Part shown: positions 28,033 to 37,915 of the stretch, one piece after another
Numbering within the stretch: position 1 is the stretch's first letter
Layout: every line of letters starts with the position of its first letter
Made by a program: the position numbers and the translations under genes
IMG/VR virus record: IMGVR_UViG_3300032245_001520
Coordinates: 18,345-82,344 of that record
From: a virus
DNA: 64,000 bases
Reading direction: 5' to 3' (one strand)
Notes under the pieces: model-generated
The model's input: only the letters and a program-made list of their open reading frames with translations
Told to the model about the DNA's origin: nothing
Databases searched by the model: none

Positions 28033-29199
28033 TCAGATGCTCACGTGAAGGGTGTCGGCGATTGCCTTGATTTGTGCGGCTGTTGGGCAGTTGACAGTGG
28101 TGCCGATCCAGTACGCACAGGTCACGATGCCGTTGTTCCACTCTCTGTTGGCCTGCCGTGTACTGCCAGCACCGCCGACCCCCAACCCCTGACTGCCCAC
28201 GGTGTATACGCCGGTGAAAGACGTTCCCGTCTGGAGTGCTCCCCCATTGAGCGAGTACGAGACGGCGGTGCCAGTGTCATGGACCATGATCGTGTTCTTT
28301 CCGCCCACAGCGCCGTTCAAAGCTAAATTCGTGAAAACATTTCCATAGGACCGGTCAAACCTGATATTCTGCGTTGTGCCAACCCGAAGAAGTGAGAAAG
28401 ACCCAGTGCCGAAAGTTCCAGAAGATGAGGCGCCTTCGAACAACGGTGGATTGCCCACCGGACTGCTCGGGTCCGCAGAGTTAAACTGAACGATGCACCA
28501 GAACGCAGCCCCAGTCTCGGTCGCTGAGACCAGGTTGGGCGCGTCGTAGAACGCTCGGGACAATGCATCGTTGGAAGGTTTGAACCCAATGAGTTGCCCT
28601 ACTTGGCCAAGAGGGACAGCGCTGGAGTTCGCATAAATCTGCGCCCCACCCGTGCTGACGAGAGTGCGAGAAGCCACCTGGTCATACAGACGAAAGGCAT
28701 CCACCCAAGAACCCGACTCCTGATAGTTTCTGAGCCAACTGTTCTGAATGTTGTTGACGGAACTTGAAGGAATAGGATTAATGTTGCTGCTATCGATCTG
28801 CTGCTTGACGCCCATTGTGTATGGAGTGGCCGTGTCAGAGAACTGCGGCCCAACAAGCCACTTGACTCCGTAAACGTGAAGGGGGCGACCGGCTGTTGGC
28901 AGAGTCGAGAAGAAGTCCTGAGCGAAGGAGTTTGTCGTGGCAGCCCACCCTGTACCGTTGTACACTCTGAGAGTGTTCATCGTGGTGTCGAGCCACGTCT
29001 CTCCTCTACAGGCATCCGCAGGAGCCACGGCGGCGACCTGTGCAGGGCCAACTTTCCTCAGATTGCTGCTGGAGTCCCGGTAGAACAGACCCAAACTACT
29101 GTCGTTGTTGTTGAGGACGAGCTCCCCCGCATAAAGACCCCCTACGAAAGGTCTGGCGTTTGCTGTTGACGATCTTTTAATCAGGAAAGAGATGCTCAT
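28033..29199 (-). CDS. Putative receptor-binding paralogue 6 of 7
   Basis: Start MSISFLIKRSS; HVYG; C-terminal TCAYWIG. Confidence 0.7.
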   Translation of the reverse strand: MSISFLIKRSSTANARPFVGGLYAGELVLNNNDSSLGLFYRDSSSNLRKVGPAQVAAVAPADACRGETWLDTTMNTLRVYNGTGWAATTNSFAQDFFSTLPTAGRPLHVYGVKWLVGPQFSDTATPYTMGVKQQIDSSNINPIPSSSVNNIQNSWLRNYQESGSWVDAFRLYDQVASRTLVSTGGAQIYANSSAVPLGQVGQLIGFKPSNDALSRAFYDAPNLVSATETGAAFWCIVQFNSADPSSPVGNPPLFEGASSSGTFGTGSFSLLRVGTTQNIRFDRSYGNVFTNLALNGAVGGKNTIMVHDTGTAVSYSLNGGALQTGTSFTGVYTVGSQGLGVGGAGSTRQANREWNNGIVTCAYWIGTTVNCPTAAQIKAIADTLHVSI

Positions 29200-30458
29200 T
29201 ATGTGCTCACCGTTGCGTGAAGGAGTGTTGCCGCGTTTCGCACTGCGGTTTGTGACGCGATGTTGGCAGGGGTGCCGACCCAAGCAGCTAGTGCGGTGTA
29301 CGCGTTGCTGTTCCCGAAGTTGCTAGAAGCATTGGCAACGACCGATTGTCCCCCTAGCCAGGCGTAATTGAGACTGTAAGCTCCGCCTTGACTAACGGTT
29401 GTCACAGTTGGCGTGGTCCAAGCACCGCCGTTGTACGAGTACTGAATAAGTCCTCCGGCAGTTCCGCTGTCCCAGAACGCGAAAGTCGAGACCTGACCTG
29501 TCATGTTAGGCACCGCACAGTCGTACTGGGTTCGAGTATTTCCAGCCCCGATAAGACGGGACAGACGGACAATCGTGGTGGAGGGTACCCAGGCACCTAT
29601 GCCACCTCCTGTCCATCCGCCGTTAGTCCCCCCGAACTCAAAAACTTGGGGGCCCGACGCGGCACCCGCATTGTACACAAACTGCACGATCCACCACCCG
29701 GCGTTGCCAGTCGTGTAACCAGTTGCAGTCCGAGCGTCACGGAACTTGCGGTTAGAGTTCGAGGTGACGGAGATGAGACCGTACATGTTACCGACTTTCA
29801 CGGGAGGGAGGGGGAACCCTTTATCTGCAAACTCCGGATTCCCGTTGGCAATGGCCCCTCCAGACAGAGTCCTACCAGACACCTGGTCGATAATCATCGG
29901 AACTTGAATGATGCCGTCAGAGTCGTACAGGTAGGTGCCCATTGTCTTTTGATTGGACTCCACCCAGTTCAGTGCCCTGACGGGTTCAGCGCTGTTGCCA
30001 ATGCTACTAGCAGCAGTCAGAAAATTCCACCCGTTGCCGCTGGCGCGCCGATCGCTGTAGAGGTCGATGAGACCCCAGACATGCGAGGGGGGTGCGGCTG
30101 CCCCACCTGCTGTGGTCAGCCCGTCAAAGGGAAGAACTGTTCTACTTGCGGCTTGACGAAGCCAAGCGCTGCCGTCATACGCATACAGAGAAGGAAAGGG
30201 CAACCCGGATCCCAACGGGTTCGGCTGCAACCAAGTCTCTCCTAGGCTATTACCGGAGGATCCAGGGGGGTTGAGGTTAGGCTGGTCTATGGATGTCTGA
30301 GTTGGCCCTATTTTTCCTACAGATCCGGAACTTGTAAGAGTGTAGATTCCCCCGTTGAGTCTGTTCTCGTTCAGGGCGAGTTCTCCTGACTGTAGTTGGG
30401 CAGGACTTGGCCTCTTTTCTATAGTGCTGCTGCGCTTGAGTAGGATTGAGACTGCCAT
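29199..30458 (-). CDS. Putative receptor-binding paralogue 5 of 7
   Basis: LLKRSS..KRP..GELALN; PFD..HVWG; C-terminal AAWVG. Confidence 0.7.
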   Translation of the reverse strand: MAVSILLKRSSTIEKRPSPAQLQSGELALNENRLNGGIYTLTSSGSVGKIGPTQTSIDQPNLNPPGSSGNSLGETWLQPNPLGSGLPFPSLYAYDGSAWLRQAASRTVLPFDGLTTAGGAAAPPSHVWGLIDLYSDRRASGNGWNFLTAASSIGNSAEPVRALNWVESNQKTMGTYLYDSDGIIQVPMIIDQVSGRTLSGGAIANGNPEFADKGFPLPPVKVGNMYGLISVTSNSNRKFRDARTATGYTTGNAGWWIVQFVYNAGAASGPQVFEFGGTNGGWTGGGIGAWVPSTTIVRLSRLIGAGNTRTQYDCAVPNMTGQVSTFAFWDSGTAGGLIQYSYNGGAWTTPTVTTVSQGGAYSLNYAWLGGQSVVANASSNFGNSNAYTALAAWVGTPANIASQTAVRNAATLLHATVST

Positions 30459-30460
30459 AG

Positions 30461-31639
30461 TTACGACACCCAGAGCTGGTCAGAAATTTGCTTGAGGAGT
30501 GCGTTCGTTGGCATATCGACCGGGGCTCCGACCCACCAGGCCACAGTGGCGATGGGAGCGTTCCACTGCTGGGGGACAAAACTGGTGCCGGTCACAATGG
30601 GACCGCCGACGGCGAAGCAGCCGTTCTGGTATCCAGTGTTGAAAGAGAGAGGTCCATTCGTAAGTGCGCCCCCGTTCACCGAGTACTGGATGTTGGTTCC
30701 GGGCCCACGGTCGCAGTAGAGGATGACGTTCTTGTTCCCAGTGGAGTATGCGATTTGCAGGTCGACGCTGGTTCCGTTGCATCTCGCGAACACGGTGTTG
30801 TTTGCACCGTTGCGAATGATCTGTAAGCTCTTCCCTCCCACGAAGTTGTTGATCGCAGGCCCGAACTCGCAGATATACCCGTTGTTCGGCACTCTACCCG
30901 CTTCGCCGCTGAACACGGCCATTACCCAGCAGGCGTTGCCGTCCTGCCTGGTGACTGTCGTGCCGTCGAGCATCACACGACCCTGATAGTCAGTCAGCGC
31001 AGTCGGAGCGTAGGCACCACCGCAGTCGCCACCGTACAAAGAGTAGAGTACAGGAGGCCCGTCTGTCTCAGTTGTGTCTCCCTGGAGATGGCGAGTGCCG
31101 ACCTGGTCGTACCAGCGAGTCATCGTGGCGTACCAACTGCCGGTGTTGGCACTGTTGTTGCTGGTCCAGATGAGGGCATTCGTCCAAGGTTTACTTGTCC
31201 ACAGAGGTACCGGAATCAGATTCCTGTCACCGAGTTGCGTATCGAAACTGAACGCGAGAGGGCTGCTAGTGTTAGTAAGTTGTTTCTGCGTCGAGTAAAT
31301 GTGGACTCCGGTCGTGCTCGGCAGCAGGTCGAACGGCAGCGCTGGGTTCATGGGCACGCCGACCCACCCATTGGCTCCAGTGAAAGTCTTGAGCGAGTTC
31401 TGTGTCGTGTCGAGCCACATCTCGCCTAGGGAGTTGCCAGCGAAGCCAGCAGGTGTGGCATTCGGCGCAGTCGTGCCAACGTGCACCGGGCCAGCTTTCG
31501 ACAGGGCACCACCAGCGTCCTTGAAGAAGATGCCGGGGGATGCTGTGTTGGTGTTGAGCGCTAGTTCGCCGTCAGCGAGGAGGGCGGGATCGGGTCGTTT
31601 GTTGGCGACTGCGCTGCGTTTCAGGAAAAAGTTTGCCAT
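30461..31639 (-). CDS. Putative receptor-binding paralogue 4 of 7
   Basis: MANFFLKRSAVANKRP; PFDLLP..HIYS; TVAWWVG. Confidence 0.7.
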   Translation of the reverse strand: MANFFLKRSAVANKRPDPALLADGELALNTNTASPGIFFKDAGGALSKAGPVHVGTTAPNATPAGFAGNSLGEMWLDTTQNSLKTFTGANGWVGVPMNPALPFDLLPSTTGVHIYSTQKQLTNTSSPLAFSFDTQLGDRNLIPVPLWTSKPWTNALIWTSNNSANTGSWYATMTRWYDQVGTRHLQGDTTETDGPPVLYSLYGGDCGGAYAPTALTDYQGRVMLDGTTVTRQDGNACWVMAVFSGEAGRVPNNGYICEFGPAINNFVGGKSLQIIRNGANNTVFARCNGTSVDLQIAYSTGNKNVILYCDRGPGTNIQYSVNGGALTNGPLSFNTGYQNGCFAVGGPIVTGTSFVPQQWNAPIATVAWWVGAPVDMPTNALLKQISDQLWVS

Positions 31640-31644
31640 AGTTA

Positions 31645-32832
31645 TCAAATCAGGGCATGCATCTGAGACGCCAAAGATTGCATAGTCGCTGCCGTCGGAC
31701 AGTTGGCTGTGGTACCAACCCAGTAAGCGGCTGTGCAGAGAGCACAGTTCAAGTTTCGCGAGTTAGGCTGATAATCAGCGCCACCAATGTTCACGCCACC
31801 GTTGCCAATGATGTAATCTTGGTTTCTTGAGGTGTTGCCAGCCACAAGTGCGGAACCGTTGATGCTCATTTGAACGTTACCCGTGCCGTTGTCGTAGTAG
31901 AGAAGTGTGTTTTTGGCGTACTGCGTCGTGTCACAAACGATGTTGTTGTTGAACATGTACGGGTCGGTGCCATCCACTCGCCTGGCGATAAGCAGGTTGC
32001 TTCCTGTTCCCCTCTGAATGGTGACAGACCCGTTTCCGTAAGTGTTTTCTGAGGACCACAGCTCCATGACGATTTGGCCGTTGTTGGTGTTGGGGGCAGA
32101 AAGATTGAACTGAAGGATGCACCAGAACGCTGGCCCCTGCTCAGTCGCCTGAGGAATGGTCGACTGGAGATCTTTCCAGTACCGAGTGGCATTGTCCGCA
32201 TTGGAGGGCACTGGACCCCACAGGTTTCCAACGAGCGGTGTCCCCGTGATTCCGGCAGCGGGCCAGTACCAGGGAACGTTGCCGACCAGAGTGCGGTTGC
32301 CGGTTTGATCGAAAAATCGTTGACACGTGGAGTCGCTTTCGCCATTGACGATGGTGGCGGGCCAACTGTTCTGAATGGTGTTGTTAGTCGACGCTGGAAC
32401 GTAAACCTGCTGGTTCGGCGCGTTCGCCGTCTGGATGCAGCATGTGAACCCCGACCCGACCTTCGCTGTGGACGAAATCGAAACCCACTGCCGGGTGCTC
32501 CAGACATGAAGAGGAGTCTGCACCCCTGAGAGAGACCCGAGCACTCTGCTGCTGGTGCCAGGTGCGGCGGCACGGTACCACGAGGAAGCACCACGAACGT
32601 TCAGCCAGGGACCAGTCGTGTCGAGCCAGGTGGAACCGACTGTCGGGTTGACCGGGGCAGCCACAGACTGCGTGGCCGGACCCACTTTGACTAAGGACCC
32701 AGCGGAGTCCTTCAGGAAGATTCCGGGGGAGGATGCATTGTTATTGATATTGAGCTCGCCTTCGGCCAGATTGCCGACTGTCGGCTGGGCGTTGGCCGTT
32801 GAACTTCTTCGAAACAAGAATGAGACTGCCAT
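31645..32832 (-). CDS. Putative receptor-binding paralogue 3 of 7
   Basis: FRRSSTANAQP..GELNIN; HVWS; TAAYWVG. Confidence 0.7.
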   Translation of the reverse strand: MAVSFLFRRSSTANAQPTVGNLAEGELNINNNASSPGIFLKDSAGSLVKVGPATQSVAAPVNPTVGSTWLDTTGPWLNVRGASSWYRAAAPGTSSRVLGSLSGVQTPLHVWSTRQWVSISSTAKVGSGFTCCIQTANAPNQQVYVPASTNNTIQNSWPATIVNGESDSTCQRFFDQTGNRTLVGNVPWYWPAAGITGTPLVGNLWGPVPSNADNATRYWKDLQSTIPQATEQGPAFWCILQFNLSAPNTNNGQIVMELWSSENTYGNGSVTIQRGTGSNLLIARRVDGTDPYMFNNNIVCDTTQYAKNTLLYYDNGTGNVQMSINGSALVAGNTSRNQDYIIGNGGVNIGGADYQPNSRNLNCALCTAAYWVGTTANCPTAATMQSLASQMHALI

Positions 32833-32835
32833 GAT

Positions 32836-34077
32836 TTACACCGATGCGTGAAGAGAAACGGCAGCGGCCAACAGCGATGCCTGTGTGGGCATACCTGCGT
32901 TATTGCCAACGTAGTAAACGCAAGCGGAGATGGGGTTGGCGTTGCCGAAGTTGTTGGCAGCGATTGCGTCTCCGGAGTTCCTTCTTCCTAAGAACATTCT
33001 GGAGTCAGTGTAGTTCGAGTTGGAGGAAACACCGGACTCCAGGAAGGCTGTCCACGCACCACCGTTGAAGGAGTAACGAAGGACTGTGCCGTCGTCGTAG
33101 ACTGCGAAGGTGTTCTTGTTGTTGTCGCCGGTGTTGAAGGCCAGGGCAGCGGTGGTGCGAATGCTCGTGGCTCCGGAGATGCCCCTGTAATAGGTGATGT
33201 TACCGGCCCCCCTGTTAACGTCGATAGCGACGGAGGCATTCCCCCACGCGCCGTCCGTTTGTGTGAAGGTCATGAAACGACGACCATTCTCAGTGGCGCC
33301 GTTCAGACCAAACTGGCAAGTTATCCAGAAGTTCGTTCCAGTGGTTCCCCCACCGACAGCGTCTATCCACCCGCGAGAGATGTTGTCAGTGTAGCAGCAA
33401 GGGGCGAAGAGGGAACCGACTCTCCACCAGTTGCCGCTGCCTACCACGTTGACAGTGGCGCCGCCGAATCCAAAGATGGCGCCACTGTTGAGTGCTGAGA
33501 TAAGAGTCCGCTGCCGAGTCACCTGGTCGATGAGTTGGTAGCAGTGGCAGTAGTCCTCGACTGCGTTAAGGTTGTAGGTCGTCAGGTTGCAAGCAGCTGC
33601 GGATCCACCGCCACCACCGGCAAAGTTGCAACCGGGGTTGGTGGTGGCGTTCGACGTCATGAACGTGAACGGTAGCTGACCGACGACGGGGTCAGTGTAA
33701 AGGTTGTTCATCCCCCAGGCGTGCTTAGGACTCACCTTGGTTCCCGATGCATTGACAAGGTTATCGAACGGGAGAGTCTGGTTCAAGTCGGGAAATGTCG
33801 ACCAAGCTCCGGTACTTACATTGAGCTTAGGCGCAGAGCCGGTCTGCAACCAAAACTCTCCGACCGTTGTTCCAGAGGATCCAACCGGATTTCCGTTGGG
33901 CGTGTTTGATGATACTTGAGCAGGTCCCAACTTCGAGATGGTGGTCCCGTTACTGTTCTTCAGGAACAGGCCGGGTGCCACTGCTGCGGTGTTAAGGGCA
34001 AGCTCTCCGAAGTCTATTTGAGTCGTGTCGGGACGTTTGTTCGCGACTGCCGACCGTTTTAACAAAAAATTGGCCAT
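32836..34077 (-). CDS. Putative receptor-binding paralogue 2 of 7
   Basis: MANFLLKRSAVANKRP; PFD..HAWG; ACVYYVG. Confidence 0.7.
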   Translation of the reverse strand: MANFLLKRSAVANKRPDTTQIDFGELALNTAAVAPGLFLKNSNGTTISKLGPAQVSSNTPNGNPVGSSGTTVGEFWLQTGSAPKLNVSTGAWSTFPDLNQTLPFDNLVNASGTKVSPKHAWGMNNLYTDPVVGQLPFTFMTSNATTNPGCNFAGGGGGSAAACNLTTYNLNAVEDYCHCYQLIDQVTRQRTLISALNSGAIFGFGGATVNVVGSGNWWRVGSLFAPCCYTDNISRGWIDAVGGGTTGTNFWITCQFGLNGATENGRRFMTFTQTDGAWGNASVAIDVNRGAGNITYYRGISGATSIRTTAALAFNTGDNNKNTFAVYDDGTVLRYSFNGGAWTAFLESGVSSNSNYTDSRMFLGRRNSGDAIAANNFGNANPISACVYYVGNNAGMPTQASLLAAAVSLHASV

Positions 34078-34141
34078 GAGGATAAGGGTCCCCCCAAATA
34101 ATCAGCCGAAGCTGTTTCTCTCAAGGGTTTTACCCTCGCCT

Positions 34142-35317
34142 TCAGGTCTGAGCGTCAAGTTGCTCCGCCATCGCAACGAGTGCTGCCCAAGTCGGAGAGT
34201 TGAACCGGCTGCCAACCCAGTAGGCAACGGTGATAATCGGGTTGTTCACTCCCCAATTCTTGGCGTTGTCCACCGTTGCTGGACCGCCGATAGTGATGTT
34301 GCCAATGCTGTAGTCGCCAGCGAGGTTGACGAAACCGCTGTCGGTCACACCGTTTATCCACGCTTTGACAGGGTCGGTGCCGTTCCCAGGGTCGTGGACG
34401 AGCAGCGTGTTCTTGGATCCCAAACCGGGGTTCACCGTAAGAGCGTCGGTGTAAGGGAGTGTAGAGAGTGGCCCATTTCGGTAAAACTTGACGGTGTTCG
34501 TGGAACCCTCTCTCTTGATGTGCACTGACCCGTTCGTCGGTGTGAAACCCGGACCTGTGAACTCCAGAAGGTACCCGTCCGGAACGACATTCCAAGCACC
34601 AAATTGAACAACGCACCAAAATGCTCGACCGATTCCAATCACGTCCGGCGTCCGGGCAGTCCTAAAGGGAGAGTTCCGAAGCGTAGAGAACTGGGGTCCA
34701 TAGCTGATACCCACTGAAGCGGGTACTTGGCCAGCCACAAAGACACCGCCCTCGCCGACCAGGGTCCGCAATTCCTCGGTCTGCGAAAACCACTTCGTCA
34801 TAGAGGTGGAGGTGGAACCTGCATCGATGGCCAGCAGGTAGTTGTTTGTTTTGTTGGGGTCGGTGAAGGGTGGCAGAGTCTGCAGGGAATCAGGGTACTG
34901 CGACGCCACGAAAGCGCCAACATTGTAAGACGAGGGGTTGGTGTTCACCTGCCTCATCGACCACGAGCAGATTGGTTGGCAAGCACCCTGCAGAGGGAAA
35001 CTAACAGTGGAGGGTGTAAACTGAGACTGTGCCCATCCGCCGCCAGTGTAAATCTTGAAAGTGTTGTCTCGTGTGTCGTACCACATTTCACCGAGGGAGT
35101 TCCCCGAGAAACCCCCTAGTGGCGGAGTCTGGTTTGGTGCAGTGCTGCTGACTTGAACCGGACCAACTTTGACCAGACCGGTGCCAGAGGCAGTCTTGAA
35201 GAACACCCCTGGATACAAATCGGCATCGTTGACTGCTACCTCACCGAAGGCAAGGGCGCCGGGTTGTGGTCGTTTATGCTCTGTTGACGACCTTTTCAGC
35301 GTGATTGTCAAGGCCAT
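34142..35317 (-). CDS. Putative receptor-binding paralogue 1 of 7
   Basis: LKRSSTEHKRP..GEVAVN; CSWS; TVAYWVG. Confidence 0.7.
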   Translation of the reverse strand: MALTITLKRSSTEHKRPQPGALAFGEVAVNDADLYPGVFFKTASGTGLVKVGPVQVSSTAPNQTPPLGGFSGNSLGEMWYDTRDNTFKIYTGGGWAQSQFTPSTVSFPLQGACQPICSWSMRQVNTNPSSYNVGAFVASQYPDSLQTLPPFTDPNKTNNYLLAIDAGSTSTSMTKWFSQTEELRTLVGEGGVFVAGQVPASVGISYGPQFSTLRNSPFRTARTPDVIGIGRAFWCVVQFGAWNVVPDGYLLEFTGPGFTPTNGSVHIKREGSTNTVKFYRNGPLSTLPYTDALTVNPGLGSKNTLLVHDPGNGTDPVKAWINGVTDSGFVNLAGDYSIGNITIGGPATVDNAKNWGVNNPIITVAYWVGSRFNSPTWAALVAMAEQLDAQT

Positions 35318-35325
35318 GGTCGTCC

Positions 35326-37137
35326 TCAGAAGCTGCCGCCGTCAACAGTTCCCGTGTACCTGAGTTGGTTCCCAGCAGGGTTGACTTCGAGCATTTGACC
35401 GGCAGTTCCGATGGGGAGAACACCTGGTCCTGGCCCAGTGGTGAGACCCTGGAGGATAGTGCCTGGCTGGGCATACTCACTCTGACCCACCTCATTGAGA
35501 ACGGTGCTCAAGAAGTCGTACGTAATCGCAGTGGTCGGACCAACGGGGTCAAGGACGTCGTCCGCGATAAACACCGGACCCCTTTGGGTGGCGCTGGTTG
35601 GAATGCCGAGAAGAGTTTGGGGGGAGACGACTAAGGAAGCCTCTGACCCCGCATTGACTTGCTCCTGTGTGGCGTATCGGGCGAGTCCGGACAGACTGGT
35701 GCTTGCGATTCTGCCGTTTAACGTGGACGGCGTAACAACCTTGAAGTCATTCTCACCAATGTTGACCTCCAACTGAGTCGCCAACAGAGCCAGACCCGGA
35801 CTGAACTCGCTTGCCTCCAGAGAGGACAGACCGAGAGGCGTCACAGCGATAGTATCGTCCGTGCCCGCCTGAGTCTCCCCAGGTTCTGCGAGGCGCACGA
35901 TGCCCTTGACAGTGGTGCTGGCATCGGGTACCGAGGATGAACCGATGGGAATGTACTCCCAAGCAGTGCCACTGCACACATACCAGTCGCCAGGGTTGAC
36001 CGTGTCAGGTGTGCCACCGGGGGGAGTGTAGACTCCAGCAGTGTCGACCACCACGAAGTAGCTGGTAAGACCAGCAGCGGCAGCAGGCAGGTCAGCACCG
36101 ACAGTGAAACCTTTGGCAGCACCTGCGGTGGTCACCGTGCTCACTTTGCCGGTGTTACCGTTCAGTGTCCCTGCGAGTGTGAGTCCGCCACTGATAGACA
36201 GGTTGTTGATTTGAGTTTGGAGAGCAGCGCCAGCACTCGCAGTCAGAGCAATGGTGTCATCATTGAGAGCCAGAGAGTCTGTCAGTGCGACAACACCAGG
36301 AGTGCCGATGGCGCCATCTGCGACACTGATGATTGAGTTGCTATCAACGTTAATGTTCTGGCCGACCTGAAGTATGCCTGCCTGGCCAACAGAACCGGAG
36401 TTGACGCTGACGATACCAGCGGTGGCCGTCAGACCCGTGCCAGGTTGCATGACACCAACCGTGGTCGCAGAAGCGATGGCGACGCCGATGATGGCGTTGG
36501 TCGTGCCGATGACGCTGATGGATCCGGATCCCGCGATCGTCTCCACTCCACCCGGACTGGGGAGAACCCACCGGACGCCAGTGGCAGAGGCAGGGTCAGC
36601 AGTCAGTACTGTTCCTGGCCCACCGATGGCAACGTTGACTGGAACGCCAGCGCCGGAAGCAGCCAGGATGGCGCCTTTCGCCGGATAGGCACCCGTGAGG
36701 ACGGGCGGAGTGGCGTAAAGAGTGGGAGGAGCGTTGAGGCGACCGAAGGCATCGAAGGAGACACGACGAACATAGTCGTAGCTAGCAGCGGCGATACCAA
36801 CGGTTGCGAGACCGATCGTGCCTGTGTCGATGATGCCAGTCGCGGGGTTGGTGACAATACCGACGCCTGCCGTGACCTCGGAGACACCGCCACCACCACC
36901 ACCACCACCAGTGACGTTCAGGTAGTTACCAGAAACTGCGAGACCTGACCCAACAATCAACAGACCTGTGGGCGTGTTGAGACCGAATGTTGGCGGCCAG
37001 TAGAATGGCGAGTTGGGGATGGGGATTAGGAAACTTGGGGGATTAGGCAGCGACATGAGGTCTCCGAAGGCAGGGATATCTGTGGCGCAAAAGCGAGTTG
37101 TGAAAAAGTTGAGGACCCCTGTAGAAACAGGGGCCAC
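35326..37137 (-). CDS. Tail fibre protein
   Basis: ASTTVKGIVRLA...AVTP fibre repeats; IPNSPF motif near the N-terminus; ends VDGGSF. Confidence 0.8.
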   Translation of the reverse strand: MAPVSTGVLNFFTTRFCATDIPAFGDLMSLPNPPSFLIPIPNSPFYWPPTFGLNTPTGLLIVGSGLAVSGNYLNVTGGGGGGGGVSEVTAGVGIVTNPATGIIDTGTIGLATVGIAAASYDYVRRVSFDAFGRLNAPPTLYATPPVLTGAYPAKGAILAASGAGVPVNVAIGGPGTVLTADPASATGVRWVLPSPGGVETIAGSGSISVIGTTNAIIGVAIASATTVGVMQPGTGLTATAGIVSVNSGSVGQAGILQVGQNINVDSNSIISVADGAIGTPGVVALTDSLALNDDTIALTASAGAALQTQINNLSISGGLTLAGTLNGNTGKVSTVTTAGAAKGFTVGADLPAAAAGLTSYFVVVDTAGVYTPPGGTPDTVNPGDWYVCSGTAWEYIPIGSSSVPDASTTVKGIVRLAEPGETQAGTDDTIAVTPLGLSSLEASEFSPGLALLATQLEVNIGENDFKVVTPSTLNGRIASTSLSGLARYATQEQVNAGSEASLVVSPQTLLGIPTSATQRGPVFIADDVLDPVGPTTAITYDFLSTVLNEVGQSEYAQPGTILQGLTTGPGPGVLPIGTAGQMLEVNPAGNQLRYTGTVDGGSF

Positions 37138-37155
37138 GTTTATCGTTGTGTGGTT

Positions 37156-37869
37156 TTACCCTACCCTGACTCGATTTTCTTTGCCGTGGGGAAGGCCACG
37201 TGATTTTTGTTTGAGGGTGAGACTCCCGGCGCTGAGTGCACCCAATTCAGGGTGAAGAGGGTCTTCCCACTTTTGGGCAGCCACTTGTTTTCCTCTTTCT
37301 CGGCGTTCTTCTGTTGGGATGCCGCAGATGCCAACTCCGAGCTCTTTAGATCGGGCCCCACCTTTCGCCGCTCCCTTTAGACCGCACCTGCGTTGATAAT
37401 CGGGGTCTTCGGCTATTCTTTTAGCGATAGCAGCGCGACCCCCCCTAGCAAGTCCTTCCTTGGTTCTTTTTGCCGCGTTCTTTTTGTTTCGTTCGCTCAA
37501 ATAAACGGGGTCGTCTGAGTACATGCCCTTTTTCTCAGCCATAAGTTTAGCAGTGCTCCTCCTTCCATTCTCCCTGGCAACCTTTAATGAGACGCCCGTT
37601 CCAGAACACCCCTCATTGAGACAACAAGGGTTGTTAAGATCGGGACGAATTAAACGGTCTTCTACCAAGTTAGCCTGTTTCCATCCTTCATCAGAGTAAG
37701 GGAAACACTCTAGCACTTGCTTTTCAGCGTCGTAAAAATCCCAGGCCCACTTGTTTGTGCTAGGGGATCCCCAGTACTTTTCGTCGAAGACCCTTTCCTT
37801 GTGGACACCCCAGTAGAAGTATGAGGTGCCCGGAAAGGTGATTTTGTAAGTGTAGATGCGCGGTTTCAC
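37156..37869 (-). CDS. Free-standing GIY-YIG-like homing endonuclease
   Basis: IYTYKITF...YYWG/YWGS...E..LI...CLN N-terminus; basic GG.RSKELGVG module; AT-rich. Confidence 0.7.
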   Translation of the reverse strand: MKPRIYTYKITFPGTSYFYWGVHKERVFDEKYWGSPSTNKWAWDFYDAEKQVLECFPYSDEGWKQANLVEDRLIRPDLNNPCCLNEGCSGTGVSLKVARENGRRSTAKLMAEKKGMYSDDPVYLSERNKKNAAKRTKEGLARGGRAAIAKRIAEDPDYQRRCGLKGAAKGGARSKELGVGICGIPTEERRERGKQVAAQKWEDPLHPELGALSAGSLTLKQKSRGLPHGKENRVRVG

Positions 37870-37915
37870 AGTGTTGGTGCAACTGCAGTTGTTTTACCCT
37901 TCAGTAGGGGCCAGC

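Noticed and set aside
26871-35317. Diversity-generating retroelement or invertible shufflon
   Set aside because: No reverse transcriptase, no adenine-specific TR/VR pair, no recombinase, and all genes are co-oriented. An element elsewhere in the genome cannot be excluded.
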